Shown: one piece after another, positions 43,879-53,845 of the stretch
Position numbering within the stretch: position 1 is the stretch's first letter
Layout: every line of letters starts with the position of its first letter
From: a bacterium
GTDB taxonomy: Bacteria; UBA8248
Assembly: GCA_965213685.1 (NCBI GenBank)
Contig: CBDBZY010000036.1
Coordinates: forward strand, 64,001 to 128,000
Direction: 5' to 3'
Length of the DNA: 64,000 nucleotides
Translations under genes and position numbers: made by a program
Notes under the pieces: generated by a model
Seen by the model: only the letters and a program-made list of their open reading frames with translations
Database searches by the model: none
Told to the model about the DNA's origin: nothing

Positions 43879-44814
43879 GTGATACCGCTTCCCGACATCG
43901 ACCCGCCCCTGATCAACGCCAGCGGCATCCTGAGTTATCCGGAAGTGTTCGCGGCTTTTGAGAGGGCGGGCGCGAGCCTGGGCGGCTACGTCACGAAGTC
44001 CGTCGGCCCACAGGAGAAGCGGGGCAACGAGAATCCGGTGCTCGTCCACCCTTCCGGGGGCGTCGTTCTCAACTCCCTCGCCCTGCCGACGCAGAGCGCG
44101 GAGGACTGGGAGCGGGACCTGGAGGAAATTTCCCTCCAAAGCGCCAGGCTCATCGTCTCCGTCTATGGCGGAACGCCCGCGGAGTTCGCCCGCGTCTCCT
44201 CGCGCGTATCGAGATTCGCCGACGCCGTCGAGGTGAACCTGGGGTGCCCCAACAAGGAGCCGGGCGAGCGGACGATCATGGAGAGCGTCGGCCAGAGCCC
44301 CGCCCTCTCGGGCGAGGTCATCCGGTGTGTGCGCGACGCTACGGATGCGCCCCTTATCGCCAAGCTCTCCCCCAACAGCGATTACCTCGCCGTGGCGGAC
44401 GCGTGCCTCGGGGCGGGGGCGGACGCCCTCGGCTGCGGCAACACCCTGGGGCCGGGCCTGGCGGTGGACATCGCGAGCCGGGCGCCCATTCTCGCAGGCT
44501 TGACGGGCGGCATCAGCGGCCCCGCGCTCAAGCCCGTCAACCTGCGCATGACGTATGAGGCGTACGCGCGCTTCGGGTGCCCCATCGTCGCATACGGCGG
44601 CATCCAAACCTGGGAGGACGGGGTGGAGTACATCCTGGCGGGCGCCCGCGTCCTGGGAATCGGCACAGCCTTCATGGGAAAAACCACGGAGGCCGCCGCC
44701 GCCCTCACCCGGGACATCTGGGCGGGAATTCAGGAATACCTGGGCGCGGAGCCCATGTCCGCGCTCATTGGCGGTGCGCACCGCTCCGCCAGCCGGGAGC
44801 GCGCCCGTGCGTAG
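43879..44814 (+). CDS. pyrD: dihydroorotate dehydrogenase, class 1B catalytic subunit
   Basis: NASG, TKS, EVNLGCPN, AKLSPN, GGISGPALKP. Confidence 0.9.
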   Translation: MIPLPDIDPPLINASGILSYPEVFAAFERAGASLGGYVTKSVGPQEKRGNENPVLVHPSGGVVLNSLALPTQSAEDWERDLEEISLQSARLIVSVYGGTPAEFARVSSRVSRFADAVEVNLGCPNKEPGERTIMESVGQSPALSGEVIRCVRDATDAPLIAKLSPNSDYLAVADACLGAGADALGCGNTLGPGLAVDIASRAPILAGLTGGISGPALKPVNLRMTYEAYARFGCPIVAYGGIQTWEDGVEYILAGARVLGIGTAFMGKTTEAAAALTRDIWAGIQEYLGAEPMSALIGGAHRSASRERARA

Positions 44815-45532
44815 CGTCTGTCGGGTCGTGGAAAACCGCCGGGAAAGCGAGTGGACGCGGACGATTTTCTTTGATCGGGAGGTCGCGTCGCGCCCCGGAC
44901 AATTCATGATGGTCTGGCTGCCGCGCCTGGGGGAGAAGCCCTTCACGCTCTCCTATCCCAACGCCGTCACCGTGAAGCGGGCGGGCGCGTTCACCGAGGC
45001 GCTCGCCGCACTCCGGCCGGGGGAGCAAATAGGGCTTCGGGGGCCTTTGGGACGGGGCTATCCCCCCCTCCGGAGGCCCGCGCTGATCGGCGGCGGCGTC
45101 GGCATCGCGGAGCTGCGACTGCTCGCGCTCGCCTCCGAGTCCCCCTCGTTCGTCCTGGGCGGACGCACGTCGGAGGAAATCCTGTTCCACGAGGAATTCC
45201 GGGCGCTCGGCCCCGTCCGCGTCGCCACCGAAGACGGCAGCCTGGGGGAAAGGGGTCTGGTCACGAAACTGCTGCCGGTGGAGGCGGAATGCTACGCCCT
45301 GTGCGGGCCGGAGAGGATGATGGCCGCGTGCCTTCCGAAGCTTCCGCCGGAGCGCACATACCTCGCCCTCGAGAGATACATGAAATGCGCCGTGGGCCTG
45401 TGCGGCCAGTGCACCTGCTCCGGCTGGCGCGTGTGCACGGACGGCCCGGTCTTCCCCGCCACCCTGGTCGCGCAAATGGGGGATTTCGGAACGCGCAGGC
45501 GATCGAAGAGCGGCAGATGGGAGCCGGTGTAG
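44807..45532 (+). CDS. pyrK: dihydroorotate dehydrogenase electron-transfer subunit
   Basis: PGQFMMV, RGPLGRG, GGGVG, CGP, MKCAVGLCGQC...CTDGPVF. Confidence 0.9.
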   Translation: MRSVCRVVENRRESEWTRTIFFDREVASRPGQFMMVWLPRLGEKPFTLSYPNAVTVKRAGAFTEALAALRPGEQIGLRGPLGRGYPPLRRPALIGGGVGIAELRLLALASESPSFVLGGRTSEEILFHEEFRALGPVRVATEDGSLGERGLVTKLLPVEAECYALCGPERMMAACLPKLPPERTYLALERYMKCAVGLCGQCTCSGWRVCTDGPVFPATLVAQMGDFGTRRRSKSGRWEPV

Positions 45533-45607
45533 GCCGCTCCATCTTCCCAGGACGATCCGGGTGCGCGTATAATCGGGGCGCGAGAGGCGAAACCATTCGT
45601 CTCGTCC

Positions 45608-46396
45608 GTGAGATTTCCGGCGGAGGGGCAGGACATCCAATTCCGTGTGCTGGGCTGTTCCGGGGCAAAGACGCCCGGACGCAACCTGACGTCTTTTCTG
45701 ATCAACGAGTCCCTGCTGGTGGAGGGCGGCGCGGCCGCCTCCGGCCTCGACATCGGGGAGCAGGCCCGGCTCGCCGGCGTCGTGGTGTCCCATGCCCATC
45801 TGGACCACATCGGGGAACTCCCCTATGTCGCCGACAACATTTTCGGGCTGCGGGAAGATTCCCTGAAAATCATCGGCGCACCGGACGTGCTGTGCCAGAT
45901 GCGCGAATCCATCTTCAACAACGCCATCTGGCCGGATTTCTGCGCCATCCGCCACCGGGAGAAGCCGATACTCGATTTCGTCCCCATCCAGGAGAACGAA
46001 ACCCTCTCTTGCGGCGAAATCCGGATGACCGCGCACCGGGTCGCGCACCAGGAAACGACTTTCGGCTTCATTTTTCAGGACGCCGAGTGCGCGCTGCTCT
46101 ACACCAGCGACACCGGACCCACGGAGGCCATATGGAGGCGCGGCTTCAAGGCGGAGGGCCTGCGCGCGATTATCACCGAGGTCTCGTTCCCCGACAGGAT
46201 GGAAGAACTCGCGCGCCTCACCGGGCACATGACGCCTGCCATGCTCCAGGCGGAAATGATGAAAATGCCGTCCGGGATTCCCGTCTACATCTATCACGTC
46301 AAGGCGCAGCACTACGAGGAGACGACGAGGGAGCTCGAAGCACTCCGCGAGCCGAGGGTGTGCCTGCTGGAGCAGGGCGAGACATATTTTCTGTGA
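45608..46396 (+). CDS. MBL-fold hydrolase, class II cyclic-nucleotide phosphodiesterase-like
   Basis: VLGCSG, SHAHLDH, FNNAIWPDF, SDTGPT, EVSFP, GHMTP. Confidence 0.85.
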   Translation: MRFPAEGQDIQFRVLGCSGAKTPGRNLTSFLINESLLVEGGAAASGLDIGEQARLAGVVVSHAHLDHIGELPYVADNIFGLREDSLKIIGAPDVLCQMRESIFNNAIWPDFCAIRHREKPILDFVPIQENETLSCGEIRMTAHRVAHQETTFGFIFQDAECALLYTSDTGPTEAIWRRGFKAEGLRAIITEVSFPDRMEELARLTGHMTPAMLQAEMMKMPSGIPVYIYHVKAQHYEETTRELEALREPRVCLLEQGETYFL

Positions 46397-46685
46397 TGCG
46401 AGGGCGCCCTCCAGGCCGTGCCGTCCACCAGACGTGCGGGGAAGTCTGACCGCGCCGGGAGCAAGTCGCTCACCTCCGCAGGACGGGAGGGGGGTTGCGG
46501 GATGGTGCGCTTTTCCGTATGGAATTATCTGGCGTGTGGCGGAACGCTGGGGAATGGTCGCGGGACGACGGGGCGCCTACCAGGATGGGGAGGCTCCCGC
46601 GGGGGACGCGCCTCAGGGGGAGCGCCCCCCTCTCAGAGGCCGTCTTTCTGAAAAATTGTCCGGAAAAAGAACGGGGAGGCCTTTC

Positions 46686-46931
46686 GTGAGAGACATCGAG
46701 GCGCACAGAAAAAACAGCCGATTGATGGCCGAGAGAATCAGCCGCGTTCTGGCCGGAACCATTTCGGGCGTCGAGGAGGACATCCGATACAGCTACCAGG
46801 ACAGGAGCTTCCGGCTCTGGTGGGGTGACCGGGGAGACCCGAACACCTCGGCGCTCATCACCTTCGAGCAAATCTCCACGCTGAACGACGAGGAGTTGCG
46901 CCAGGTCATCCGCTCATCGGTCATCGGCTAG
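46686..46931 (+). CDS. small hypothetical protein
   Basis: GGGAGG RBS before GTG 46686; normal codon usage; start uncertain. Confidence 0.6.
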   Translation: MRDIEAHRKNSRLMAERISRVLAGTISGVEEDIRYSYQDRSFRLWWGDRGDPNTSALITFEQISTLNDEELRQVIRSSVIG

Positions 46932-47105
46932 GGGCCGGGCGCGATTTTTTCCGAAATGCGAACGGCTACTGCTTGATACCACCGCTTCATGGCGCCTGCG
47001 AAATGGCGTCGCGGACATCTCTCCGTTTGCGCCGCCGAAAAACTGCTCTCGCACCGGGGGAGGGGCGGACCGGAAATCAGCAACCGCAGCACCCCCGATG
47101 CGGGA

Positions 47106-47990
47106 TCAGGCCAGGTTGGCGAGCTCCTTGTAAATCCGGAATATCGAGCTTCCGTCCTCATGCTGCCTCCCCTTGCTCCTCTGGGCCATGTAGAGATGCT
47201 CCAGCAGTCCCCCGAGGGGGACGGGCACGTCCAGGTCCTTGGCGGATTCGATGGCGCATTCGAGGTCTTTCAGGACGATCCATATCGGTCCGGACTCCGG
47301 AAAGTGATCGGCCAGCATGTCCTTCCCGCGCACGTCGAGCACGTTGGACCCCGCCGCACCCGAACAAAGCGTCTCCAGCATGACGTCGGCGGGTATCCCC
47401 GCCTTCAGCCCCAGGGTGAGACCCTCGCACGCCCCCGCCATGTTGATGAACAACACCAGGTTCACCACCAGCTTCAACTGGGCGGCCAGCCCGTTTTCCT
47501 CGCTCACGAAAATCGTTTTTTTTCCGATGGCGTCAAAGGCGGGCCGTGCCTTCTCGAAAGCGGCCCTTGGCCCGGCGGACATCACCACCAGGTCCTTCAC
47601 CGCCGCCTGCTTGCCCACGCCGCTCACCGGGCAATCGAGCCAGCTCACCCCCCGCTCGGCCACCCGCTCCGCCATGGCTCTCGAGAATTTGGGAGGGACG
47701 GTGCTCATGTCGGCGATGACGCCGCCGACAGGAATCCCCGCCAAAACGCCCTCCTCGCCCGACACCGCCTCCTCCACGACCGCGTAGTTCGGCAACGAGG
47801 TCATCACGAGGTCGGCTCCCCGGGCGGCGTCCGCCGGCGAGGAGGCACGCCGCAGTCCCCTCCCCCCGAACTTCCCGAACATCGCGTCCACCGGGTCATA
47901 GCCCGCCACCTCCATGCCGGCGTCCAGCATATGGCCCGCAAACGCACCGCCCATGACGCCCAGACCGACCACTCCCACTCTCATGCCCAC
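47106..47990 (-). CDS. beta-hydroxyacid dehydrogenase (3-hydroxyisobutyrate DH family)
   Basis: GVVGLGVMG, DMST, DCPVSG, KLVVN, KDL. Confidence 0.92.
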   Translation of the reverse strand: MGMRVGVVGLGVMGGAFAGHMLDAGMEVAGYDPVDAMFGKFGGRGLRRASSPADAARGADLVMTSLPNYAVVEEAVSGEEGVLAGIPVGGVIADMSTVPPKFSRAMAERVAERGVSWLDCPVSGVGKQAAVKDLVVMSAGPRAAFEKARPAFDAIGKKTIFVSEENGLAAQLKLVVNLVLFINMAGACEGLTLGLKAGIPADVMLETLCSGAAGSNVLDVRGKDMLADHFPESGPIWIVLKDLECAIESAKDLDVPVPLGGLLEHLYMAQRSKGRQHEDGSSIFRIYKELANLA

Positions 47991-48132
47991 TGCGAGAACT
48001 CCTTCTGGAAATGAAAATCCCCGAAATGAAACCCCAAAACCTTATTAGTAAAACCTTTTGCATTGCCGGAAGCCGGCGAAGGGGGGGGGGGCAGGCCCCC
48101 TGCGCGGTCCACGCGCGAGAGGTCTGCCATTC

Positions 48133-48888
48133 TCAGTGAATCACGTATCCGCCATCCACCACCAGGTTGTGTCCCTGCACGAAAGAAGCCTCCCCGGAGG
48201 CGAGAAACAGCGCCGCATTCGCTATGTCCATCGGCTCGCCAAAGCGTCCCATGGGCACGTTGCCCAGGCGTTCGGCGCGCTCCTCGGGCGTCCTGTAGGC
48301 GTGTTTTTTGAAGTACTCCGTCGCCGTGGGTCCCGGGCTGAGGGCGTTCACGAAAATGTTCTCGCGCGCCAGTTCGAACGCCATGGAGCGCGCGAGCTGA
48401 ATCAGCGCAGCCTTGGTCGCGCTGTAGAGTGCGGTCTCCCACGCCGCCACGGAGCCCAGCTGGCTCGCCATGTGGACGATCCGCCCCCCGCCCGCCGCCC
48501 GCATGTGCGGCAAGGCGGCCTGGCTCGCGAAAAAGGGGCCGCGCAGGTTCACGGCGACCACGCGCTCGAAATCCGCGTAGGAGAACGCGCCGAACGAGTG
48601 ATGCGAGCGAACGCCCGCGTTGTTCACCAGGATGTCGACGCCACCCAGGAAAGCGGCGGCCTCCTCCACCATGCGCTCGGCGGCGCCCTCCTCAGTCAGA
48701 TCGTAGGAGCCGAAATCCGCCTCCGCCCCGCCCCCGCACTCCCGCGCGACGGCCGCGAGTTCCGCTTCCGTTCCGTCGGCGGCCAGGAAAAGGCGCGCAC
48801 CCTCGGCCGAGAAGCGACGCGCCACGCACTCCCCGATGCCGCGCGAGGCGCCCGTCACGAGCGCTCTTTTTCCATCCAGACGACCCAT
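48133..48888 (-). CDS. SDR family oxidoreductase
   Basis: TGASRGIG, NNAG, YSATK, PG. Confidence 0.93.
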   Translation of the reverse strand: MGRLDGKRALVTGASRGIGECVARRFSAEGARLFLAADGTEAELAAVARECGGGAEADFGSYDLTEEGAAERMVEEAAAFLGGVDILVNNAGVRSHHSFGAFSYADFERVVAVNLRGPFFASQAALPHMRAAGGGRIVHMASQLGSVAAWETALYSATKAALIQLARSMAFELARENIFVNALSPGPTATEYFKKHAYRTPEERAERLGNVPMGRFGEPMDIANAALFLASGEASFVQGHNLVVDGGYVIH

Positions 48889-48983
48889 CGCGCGTTTCTC
48901 CTTCCGCAAAATTGCGCTACCATTTCTCCTTCGCAGCGACGCCCGCGACGACGCCGCGCGCCAAGACCAAGGAGAATGCGCCC

Positions 48984-49586
48984 ATGCCCAGACCGGAAAC
49001 CCCCTTTGAGGGACTCCAGCACGTCGCCATCAAGGTGTCGGACCTCGAGGAGTCCCTCCGATTCTACACCGGGATACTCGGCTTCACCCTCACCGAACGC
49101 CACGACCCCGGCGAGCACCCCACCCTCGCCGTGGGCCTCTGCTTCCTGCGGTGCACCGCCTTTCACCACGATTTGAACCTAGTATATCATACCGGCGAGG
49201 ACACAGCTCTCCGCGCGCTCCGAACCGACGACCAGGGGCCGATACGGGATTTGGGGTTGCATCATTTCGCGTTTCGGGTAAAAACCCCGGCGGAGTTCGC
49301 CGCCTGGCGGGAGTGGCTCGAGGAATGCGGCATCCCCATCGTGCGGGGGCCCTTGGTGCACAGCCCCACCCATCCGGAGGGCGACGGCACGTGGGGAGAG
49401 AACAGGGCGATGTATTTTTGCGACCCCGACGGGCACCGCATTGAAATCTTTTGCGACCTCGCCGAGATGGACGAGGCCAACGGCATCGAGAAGCGGTGGT
49501 ATGCGAACCGCCTCCGCCGGGAAGGAATCGACCCCGCCGCGCATCCCCCCGTCGGTCCGCATCCGACGGGTGCCCTCGCGCGCTGA
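48984..49586 (+). CDS. VOC/glyoxalase family protein
   Basis: LQHVAI, FYTGILG, HHD, LHHFAF, YFCDPDGHRIE. Confidence 0.9.
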   Translation: MPRPETPFEGLQHVAIKVSDLEESLRFYTGILGFTLTERHDPGEHPTLAVGLCFLRCTAFHHDLNLVYHTGEDTALRALRTDDQGPIRDLGLHHFAFRVKTPAEFAAWREWLEECGIPIVRGPLVHSPTHPEGDGTWGENRAMYFCDPDGHRIEIFCDLAEMDEANGIEKRWYANRLRREGIDPAAHPPVGPHPTGALAR

Positions 49587-49683
49587 GCCGCCCCCCGCGA
49601 CTGACGGGCCTCTTCGTGGGGGCGCTTTCGATGGCAAGGCCGGACCGCTCCGGCGGCCGATGTGTTTCGACGGGTGAGACGCG

Positions 49684-51450
49684 GTGAGTTGGAAAAAATT
49701 TCGCATACGGCTTCTCGGCTGGCTGCTCCACTTCGACTTCTCCTCCGATGGCATCTTTTATTTCACCACCATCTTTGTGGGGGCACTCGCCGGCTTCGTC
49801 GCCGTCTTTTTTCACCTTGCCCTGGGGTGGGCGCACCTCCTGCTCTTCGGCTCCCATGATCTTTCCGACATTCACCGGCCCTGGTACGGGGTGGCGCTGA
49901 TACCCGCCGGGGGCGCCCTCCTCTCCGCCGTCCTTCTCCATTGCTTCGCGCCCGAGGCCCGGGGCAGCGGCATCCCCCAGACGAAAATCGCATACGTCGC
50001 CCGCAACGGCCACATCGAAAAGCGCGTGTGGATAAGCAAATTCCTCATCGGGATTCTCAACATCGGCTCCGGCTCGAGCCTGGGGCGCGAAGGCCCCACC
50101 GTGCACATTTGCGCAGGCCTCGCCAGCTGGATAGGCCAGACGTTCTCGCTGGAGAGGCGGCGCGTGCAGGCCCTCGTTCCCGTGGGGTGCGCCGCCGCCC
50201 TGGCCGCCGCGTTCAACACGCCGATCGCTGCGGTCACCTTCACGCTGGAGGAGATGGTGGGCGACCTGAACGCGCGGGTGCTCGGCGCCGTCGTATTCGC
50301 GGCGGTTTCGGCCTCCGTCGTCTCCCGCGCCATCCTCGGCAACGAGCCCGTGTTCTCCGTACCGGCCTATTCGCTGGACAGCCCGGCGGAGCTGCTCCTC
50401 TACGCCCTCGTGGGCGTGACGTGCGCACTCATCGGCGTGGCGTTCATCCGGGGGGTGCTGTTCATGCGCTCCCGATGGAAGCGCCTGCAGGGCGTCACGG
50501 CGATTCTCGCCACCGGGCTGGGGGGGCTGTTCGTCGGCGTCATCGGCATCGCGTTTCCCGAGGTATTCGCCGTGGGCTATCCCGCCGTGAGCAAGGCGCT
50601 CACGCACAGCTACACGCTGCCCTTCCTGCTGGCGCTGCTCTTCCTGAAGCTCGTCGCCACCGTGGTCTCCTACGGAACGGGGTCGCTCGGCGGCATCTTC
50701 GCCCCCACCCTGTTCCTGGGCGCGATGGCGGGGGGAGCGGTGGCCTCCGTCGCCGAGTTCGCCTTCCCCGGCTTCGCGGCCCACCCGGGCGGATACGCGC
50801 TCGTCGGCATGGGCGCGGCTTTCGCCGCCATCATCCGCGCCCCCATGACGTCGGTGCTCATCATCTTCGAGCTCACGCAGGACTACAACATCATCCTTGC
50901 GCTCATGGCGGCGAACGCCATATCTCTCGGCCTGGCCAAATACTGGCACCCCGAACCGATATACAGCGCACTCTCCGCCCAGGACGGGATCGCGCTGCCC
51001 GACCATGAAACCGAACACCTCCTCCATGAAATTCACGTGTCCGACGCCATGACGCGGGACGTCATCACCCTGCCCGCTAACATCTCGATAGGCGAGGCGA
51101 TAGGGAGAACAAGGGAGGAGTCCCTCATCTCCGGCTTTCCCGTCCTGGACGCGGGCGGGAAGCTCTGCGGCATGGTGAGCCACTACGATTTCAGCCAGGC
51201 GGAGGCTGCCGGCATGTTGCGGGAGAATCTCCTGGCGATTGCGGCGAAGAAGTACATCATGCACGCGCATCCGGACCAGTCGCTCGATTCGGTGATGGCC
51301 AAGCTCGGCGACAGGCGCATCTCGCGGCTGCCCGTCGTGAGCCGCGAGGACCCGACCGCGCTTCTGGGAATCATCACCGCCGAGGACGTGATTCACGCTT
51401 TTGGCGAGGTGTGGCACGCGCAGCAGCACCATCAGCACGATTCCGCCTAG
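49684..51450 (+). CDS. ClC family Cl-/H+ transporter with CBS domains
   Basis: GSGIP, GREGP, GGIFAP, IFELT, IY; C-terminal CBS pair. Confidence 0.94.
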   Translation: MSWKKFRIRLLGWLLHFDFSSDGIFYFTTIFVGALAGFVAVFFHLALGWAHLLLFGSHDLSDIHRPWYGVALIPAGGALLSAVLLHCFAPEARGSGIPQTKIAYVARNGHIEKRVWISKFLIGILNIGSGSSLGREGPTVHICAGLASWIGQTFSLERRRVQALVPVGCAAALAAAFNTPIAAVTFTLEEMVGDLNARVLGAVVFAAVSASVVSRAILGNEPVFSVPAYSLDSPAELLLYALVGVTCALIGVAFIRGVLFMRSRWKRLQGVTAILATGLGGLFVGVIGIAFPEVFAVGYPAVSKALTHSYTLPFLLALLFLKLVATVVSYGTGSLGGIFAPTLFLGAMAGGAVASVAEFAFPGFAAHPGGYALVGMGAAFAAIIRAPMTSVLIIFELTQDYNIILALMAANAISLGLAKYWHPEPIYSALSAQDGIALPDHETEHLLHEIHVSDAMTRDVITLPANISIGEAIGRTREESLISGFPVLDAGGKLCGMVSHYDFSQAEAAGMLRENLLAIAAKKYIMHAHPDQSLDSVMAKLGDRRISRLPVVSREDPTALLGIITAEDVIHAFGEVWHAQQHHQHDSA

Positions 51451-51647
51451 ACTCCGCACCCCGCCGGGGCTTTTATGGAGGAAAGGGGAATCTCATGCGC
51501 GCCACCTCCCCGCGCTCCAGCCTAGCGGGAGGGCGCGTTCCTGGCGGTGCGGCGCAAAACGCCGGGGCCGAACGCAGACGCTGCTCGCCTCCGTTGACGC
51601 TTCGACCGCAGGGGAACGAAAAATACCATGTCCGGACGTTGTCATTC

Positions 51648-52316
51648 ATGAGCGCGCACACACCAGACGCACCGCCGTCTATCGGCCAACCTTTCTGGCT
51701 CAAAAAGATTTTTCAGGCGGGCTTTCGGCTCGCTTTCGGCGGCGTCGACGTTCATGGCATGGACGGCGTGCCCGCCGACGGCCCCCTGATCGTCGCCTCG
51801 AATCACCGCAGCTATCTGGACCCGCTGATCATCGCCTCCTTCCTGCCGCGGCCGGTACATCACATGGCCAAGCAGGAGCTGTTCCGCAATCCCCTACTCG
51901 CCGGGCTCATCACTTTTTTTGGCGCCTTCCCGGTGGACAGGGAATCCACGCGCCCCAGCACCTTCCGGATGGCGCTCCGGCTTCTGAGACGCAACGCCGC
52001 CGTGGTCATTTTCCCGGAGGGCGGCATCGTGGACTCCTCTCCGGGCGAGGCGGGCGTGAAAGAGGGCATCGGCACCCTGGCCGTCATGAGCCGCGCCCCC
52101 GTTCTGCCGGTCTGCATCGCGGGCTCGAACTCCCTGATCAGCCCCCGGGGAATCCTCAACCCGTGGCTCTCCATTCGAGTGGGGGGACTCATCACGCCAT
52201 CATCGGATCGTCCCGGAAAACCGCACCGGCGGGAGGTGGCCCAAAGCGTCGCCGACGCGATCAGGAGACTGGAGGCGGACGCCCTCGCCGCACAAAAAAG
52301 GCAGCGTGACAAGTAG
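51648..52316 (+). CDS. 1-acyl-sn-glycerol-3-phosphate acyltransferase (PlsC family)
   Basis: NHRSYLD, AKQELF, FPEG. Confidence 0.88.
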   Translation: MSAHTPDAPPSIGQPFWLKKIFQAGFRLAFGGVDVHGMDGVPADGPLIVASNHRSYLDPLIIASFLPRPVHHMAKQELFRNPLLAGLITFFGAFPVDRESTRPSTFRMALRLLRRNAAVVIFPEGGIVDSSPGEAGVKEGIGTLAVMSRAPVLPVCIAGSNSLISPRGILNPWLSIRVGGLITPSSDRPGKPHRREVAQSVADAIRRLEADALAAQKRQRDK

Positions 52317-52373
52317 CAGGGGGGGATGCGGAGGGATGGACGAGCACAACGACAATGATTTGCGGCGCCCCAT

Positions 52374-52448
52374 CGCAGGCCGCCGCGTGGCCGGAGGGAG
52401 GGCCACGCCTGGCCGGCACGTCCGCGCCCCCTCCGGCCGCAGCCTGCG
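52374..52448. terminator. long GC-rich hairpin between convergent genes
   Basis: GGCCGGAGGG (52389-52398) pairs with CCCTCCGGCC (52429-52438); outer CGCAGGC/GCCTGCG; no U-tract. Confidence 0.4.
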
Positions 52449-52459
52449 GATGAACGCGC

Positions 52460-53764
52460 CTAGAAGTTGTACTGGAGGCCGAGCTGAATGCGCGAGGCCT
52501 CGCCCTTCTCCCCGCCATGGGTCTCGCGCCAGCCCTGCATGAACTCCAGCCCGGCGCGCATCTTGGGCTCCGGGTCCCACCAGAAGTTGATGTGGAGCGT
52601 TTGGAGTTGTTCGCTGTTTTTGGCCATGAACGTCGCCTTGGCCACCTCCTCGAAGTCGTTCTGCGCCCAGCCGTAATAGATGCCCGAACTCGTGGCGTTG
52701 GTCCAGCGATGCGTGAGGCCGAGAAGCCCGCCCATGGAATCCACGGCGTCCAGCTTGCCGTCTGCGCCCAGCGTGGCCGCCGCCGACCCGCCGAACATGT
52801 AGTTCGCCAGGGCACCCTTGCCGAAGTTGAAGGTCGCCATGAGGCTGGTGCTGTCGAACAGGCTGAGCTTCGCGCCGACGTGGAGGGCGGAAACGAAGAT
52901 GGAGTCTTCCGTCCCGCCCTCGTTGTAGTGAACCTCTCCGAGGAGGCTGCTCACGTTGACGGCCCCCCAGTGTGGTCGCCAGCGGACGGCCGCAAGAAAG
53001 TTCGGCGCCCGATCCTGGGAGGACACCGTCCCGTCCGCCGTCCCGATGGCCGGGGCGTCGGGGTCTTCCACCGCGATTTGGCCGACGATCCCCCCCGCTC
53101 CGGTCCAGGTGTAGCGCAACTGAGGAAGGCGCGCGGAGGCCACGCCCGCCGGCCCCGCGAAGTCCACCGTGTCGGCGGCCACGTCCTCGTCCTGGAAGAT
53201 GGACCAGGTCTGGCCCGCGAGCACCGGTCCCAACCCGGCGTAGGCGTGGCGCAGGCGAAGCGCGTTGCCGCTGCCGAAGAAATCGGTCTCGACCCGGGTT
53301 TTCAGCTCGCCCAGCTTCGTCGGCGTTATGCTGTCGAGACGAATGCGCGTTTGCCGGGCGTGCATGGAGGCTTTCTGTCGCGCGCCCCCCTCGCCATCGA
53401 GCGGGATGGCGCTCGGGACGCCCCCGAAGTCAAATACGAAAAACTCATCGCCCAGGTCCGCATCGAAATCGTAGATCATGTCGAGCTTGACGTAGCCGCT
53501 CAAAGAAAGCGAGGTGTTGCTCTTCGCCGCCTTCCAGAAGCCCGGGACCGGGACAAGGCTGGCCGCCTCTGTTTTCTCTTTTCTCTCCGCAGCCTTCGCC
53601 CGCTCCTGTCGGGATTCCAGTTGTTCAATCCGCTTCTTCAGCTTCTCGAGCTGTGCCTTGAGTTCGTCGATTTCCCCGCCAGCCGCCGGCAGGGCGCACA
53701 GGGCAAACGCCATCCCTGCTCCCAGAAGCGCAAAAGCGATGCGATTCCTGCGGTTTGCGTTCAT
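52460..53764 (-). CDS. DcaP-family outer-membrane porin
   Basis: Signal peptide, N-terminal coiled coil, GYVKLD, ETDF, RLRHAY, GQTWS, C-terminal QYNF. Confidence 0.88.
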   Translation of the reverse strand: MNANRRNRIAFALLGAGMAFALCALPAAGGEIDELKAQLEKLKKRIEQLESRQERAKAAERKEKTEAASLVPVPGFWKAAKSNTSLSLSGYVKLDMIYDFDADLGDEFFVFDFGGVPSAIPLDGEGGARQKASMHARQTRIRLDSITPTKLGELKTRVETDFFGSGNALRLRHAYAGLGPVLAGQTWSIFQDEDVAADTVDFAGPAGVASARLPQLRYTWTGAGGIVGQIAVEDPDAPAIGTADGTVSSQDRAPNFLAAVRWRPHWGAVNVSSLLGEVHYNEGGTEDSIFVSALHVGAKLSLFDSTSLMATFNFGKGALANYMFGGSAAATLGADGKLDAVDSMGGLLGLTHRWTNATSSGIYYGWAQNDFEEVAKATFMAKNSEQLQTLHINFWWDPEPKMRAGLEFMQGWRETHGGEKGEASRIQLGLQYNF

Positions 53765-53845
53765 CTCCTTCTCTCCTCTCGATGTTCCGGTTTCCGCTCT
53801 TCTCTTTATGGCGGCGCGGAAAAATCCGGTCGATTAGGCTCAAGG

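Noticed and set aside
41512-44946. 1144-aa ORF suggesting a giant HemA fusion
   Set aside because: The upstream part overlaps ccsA out of frame and pyrD antisense; HemA homology starts at 42834
49590-49683. Fluoride riboswitch upstream of the ClC gene
   Set aside because: Only loose GAUGG/ACCGC words with no P1 pairing; the protein has the chloride-type GSGIP/GREGP signature, not ClC-F motifs
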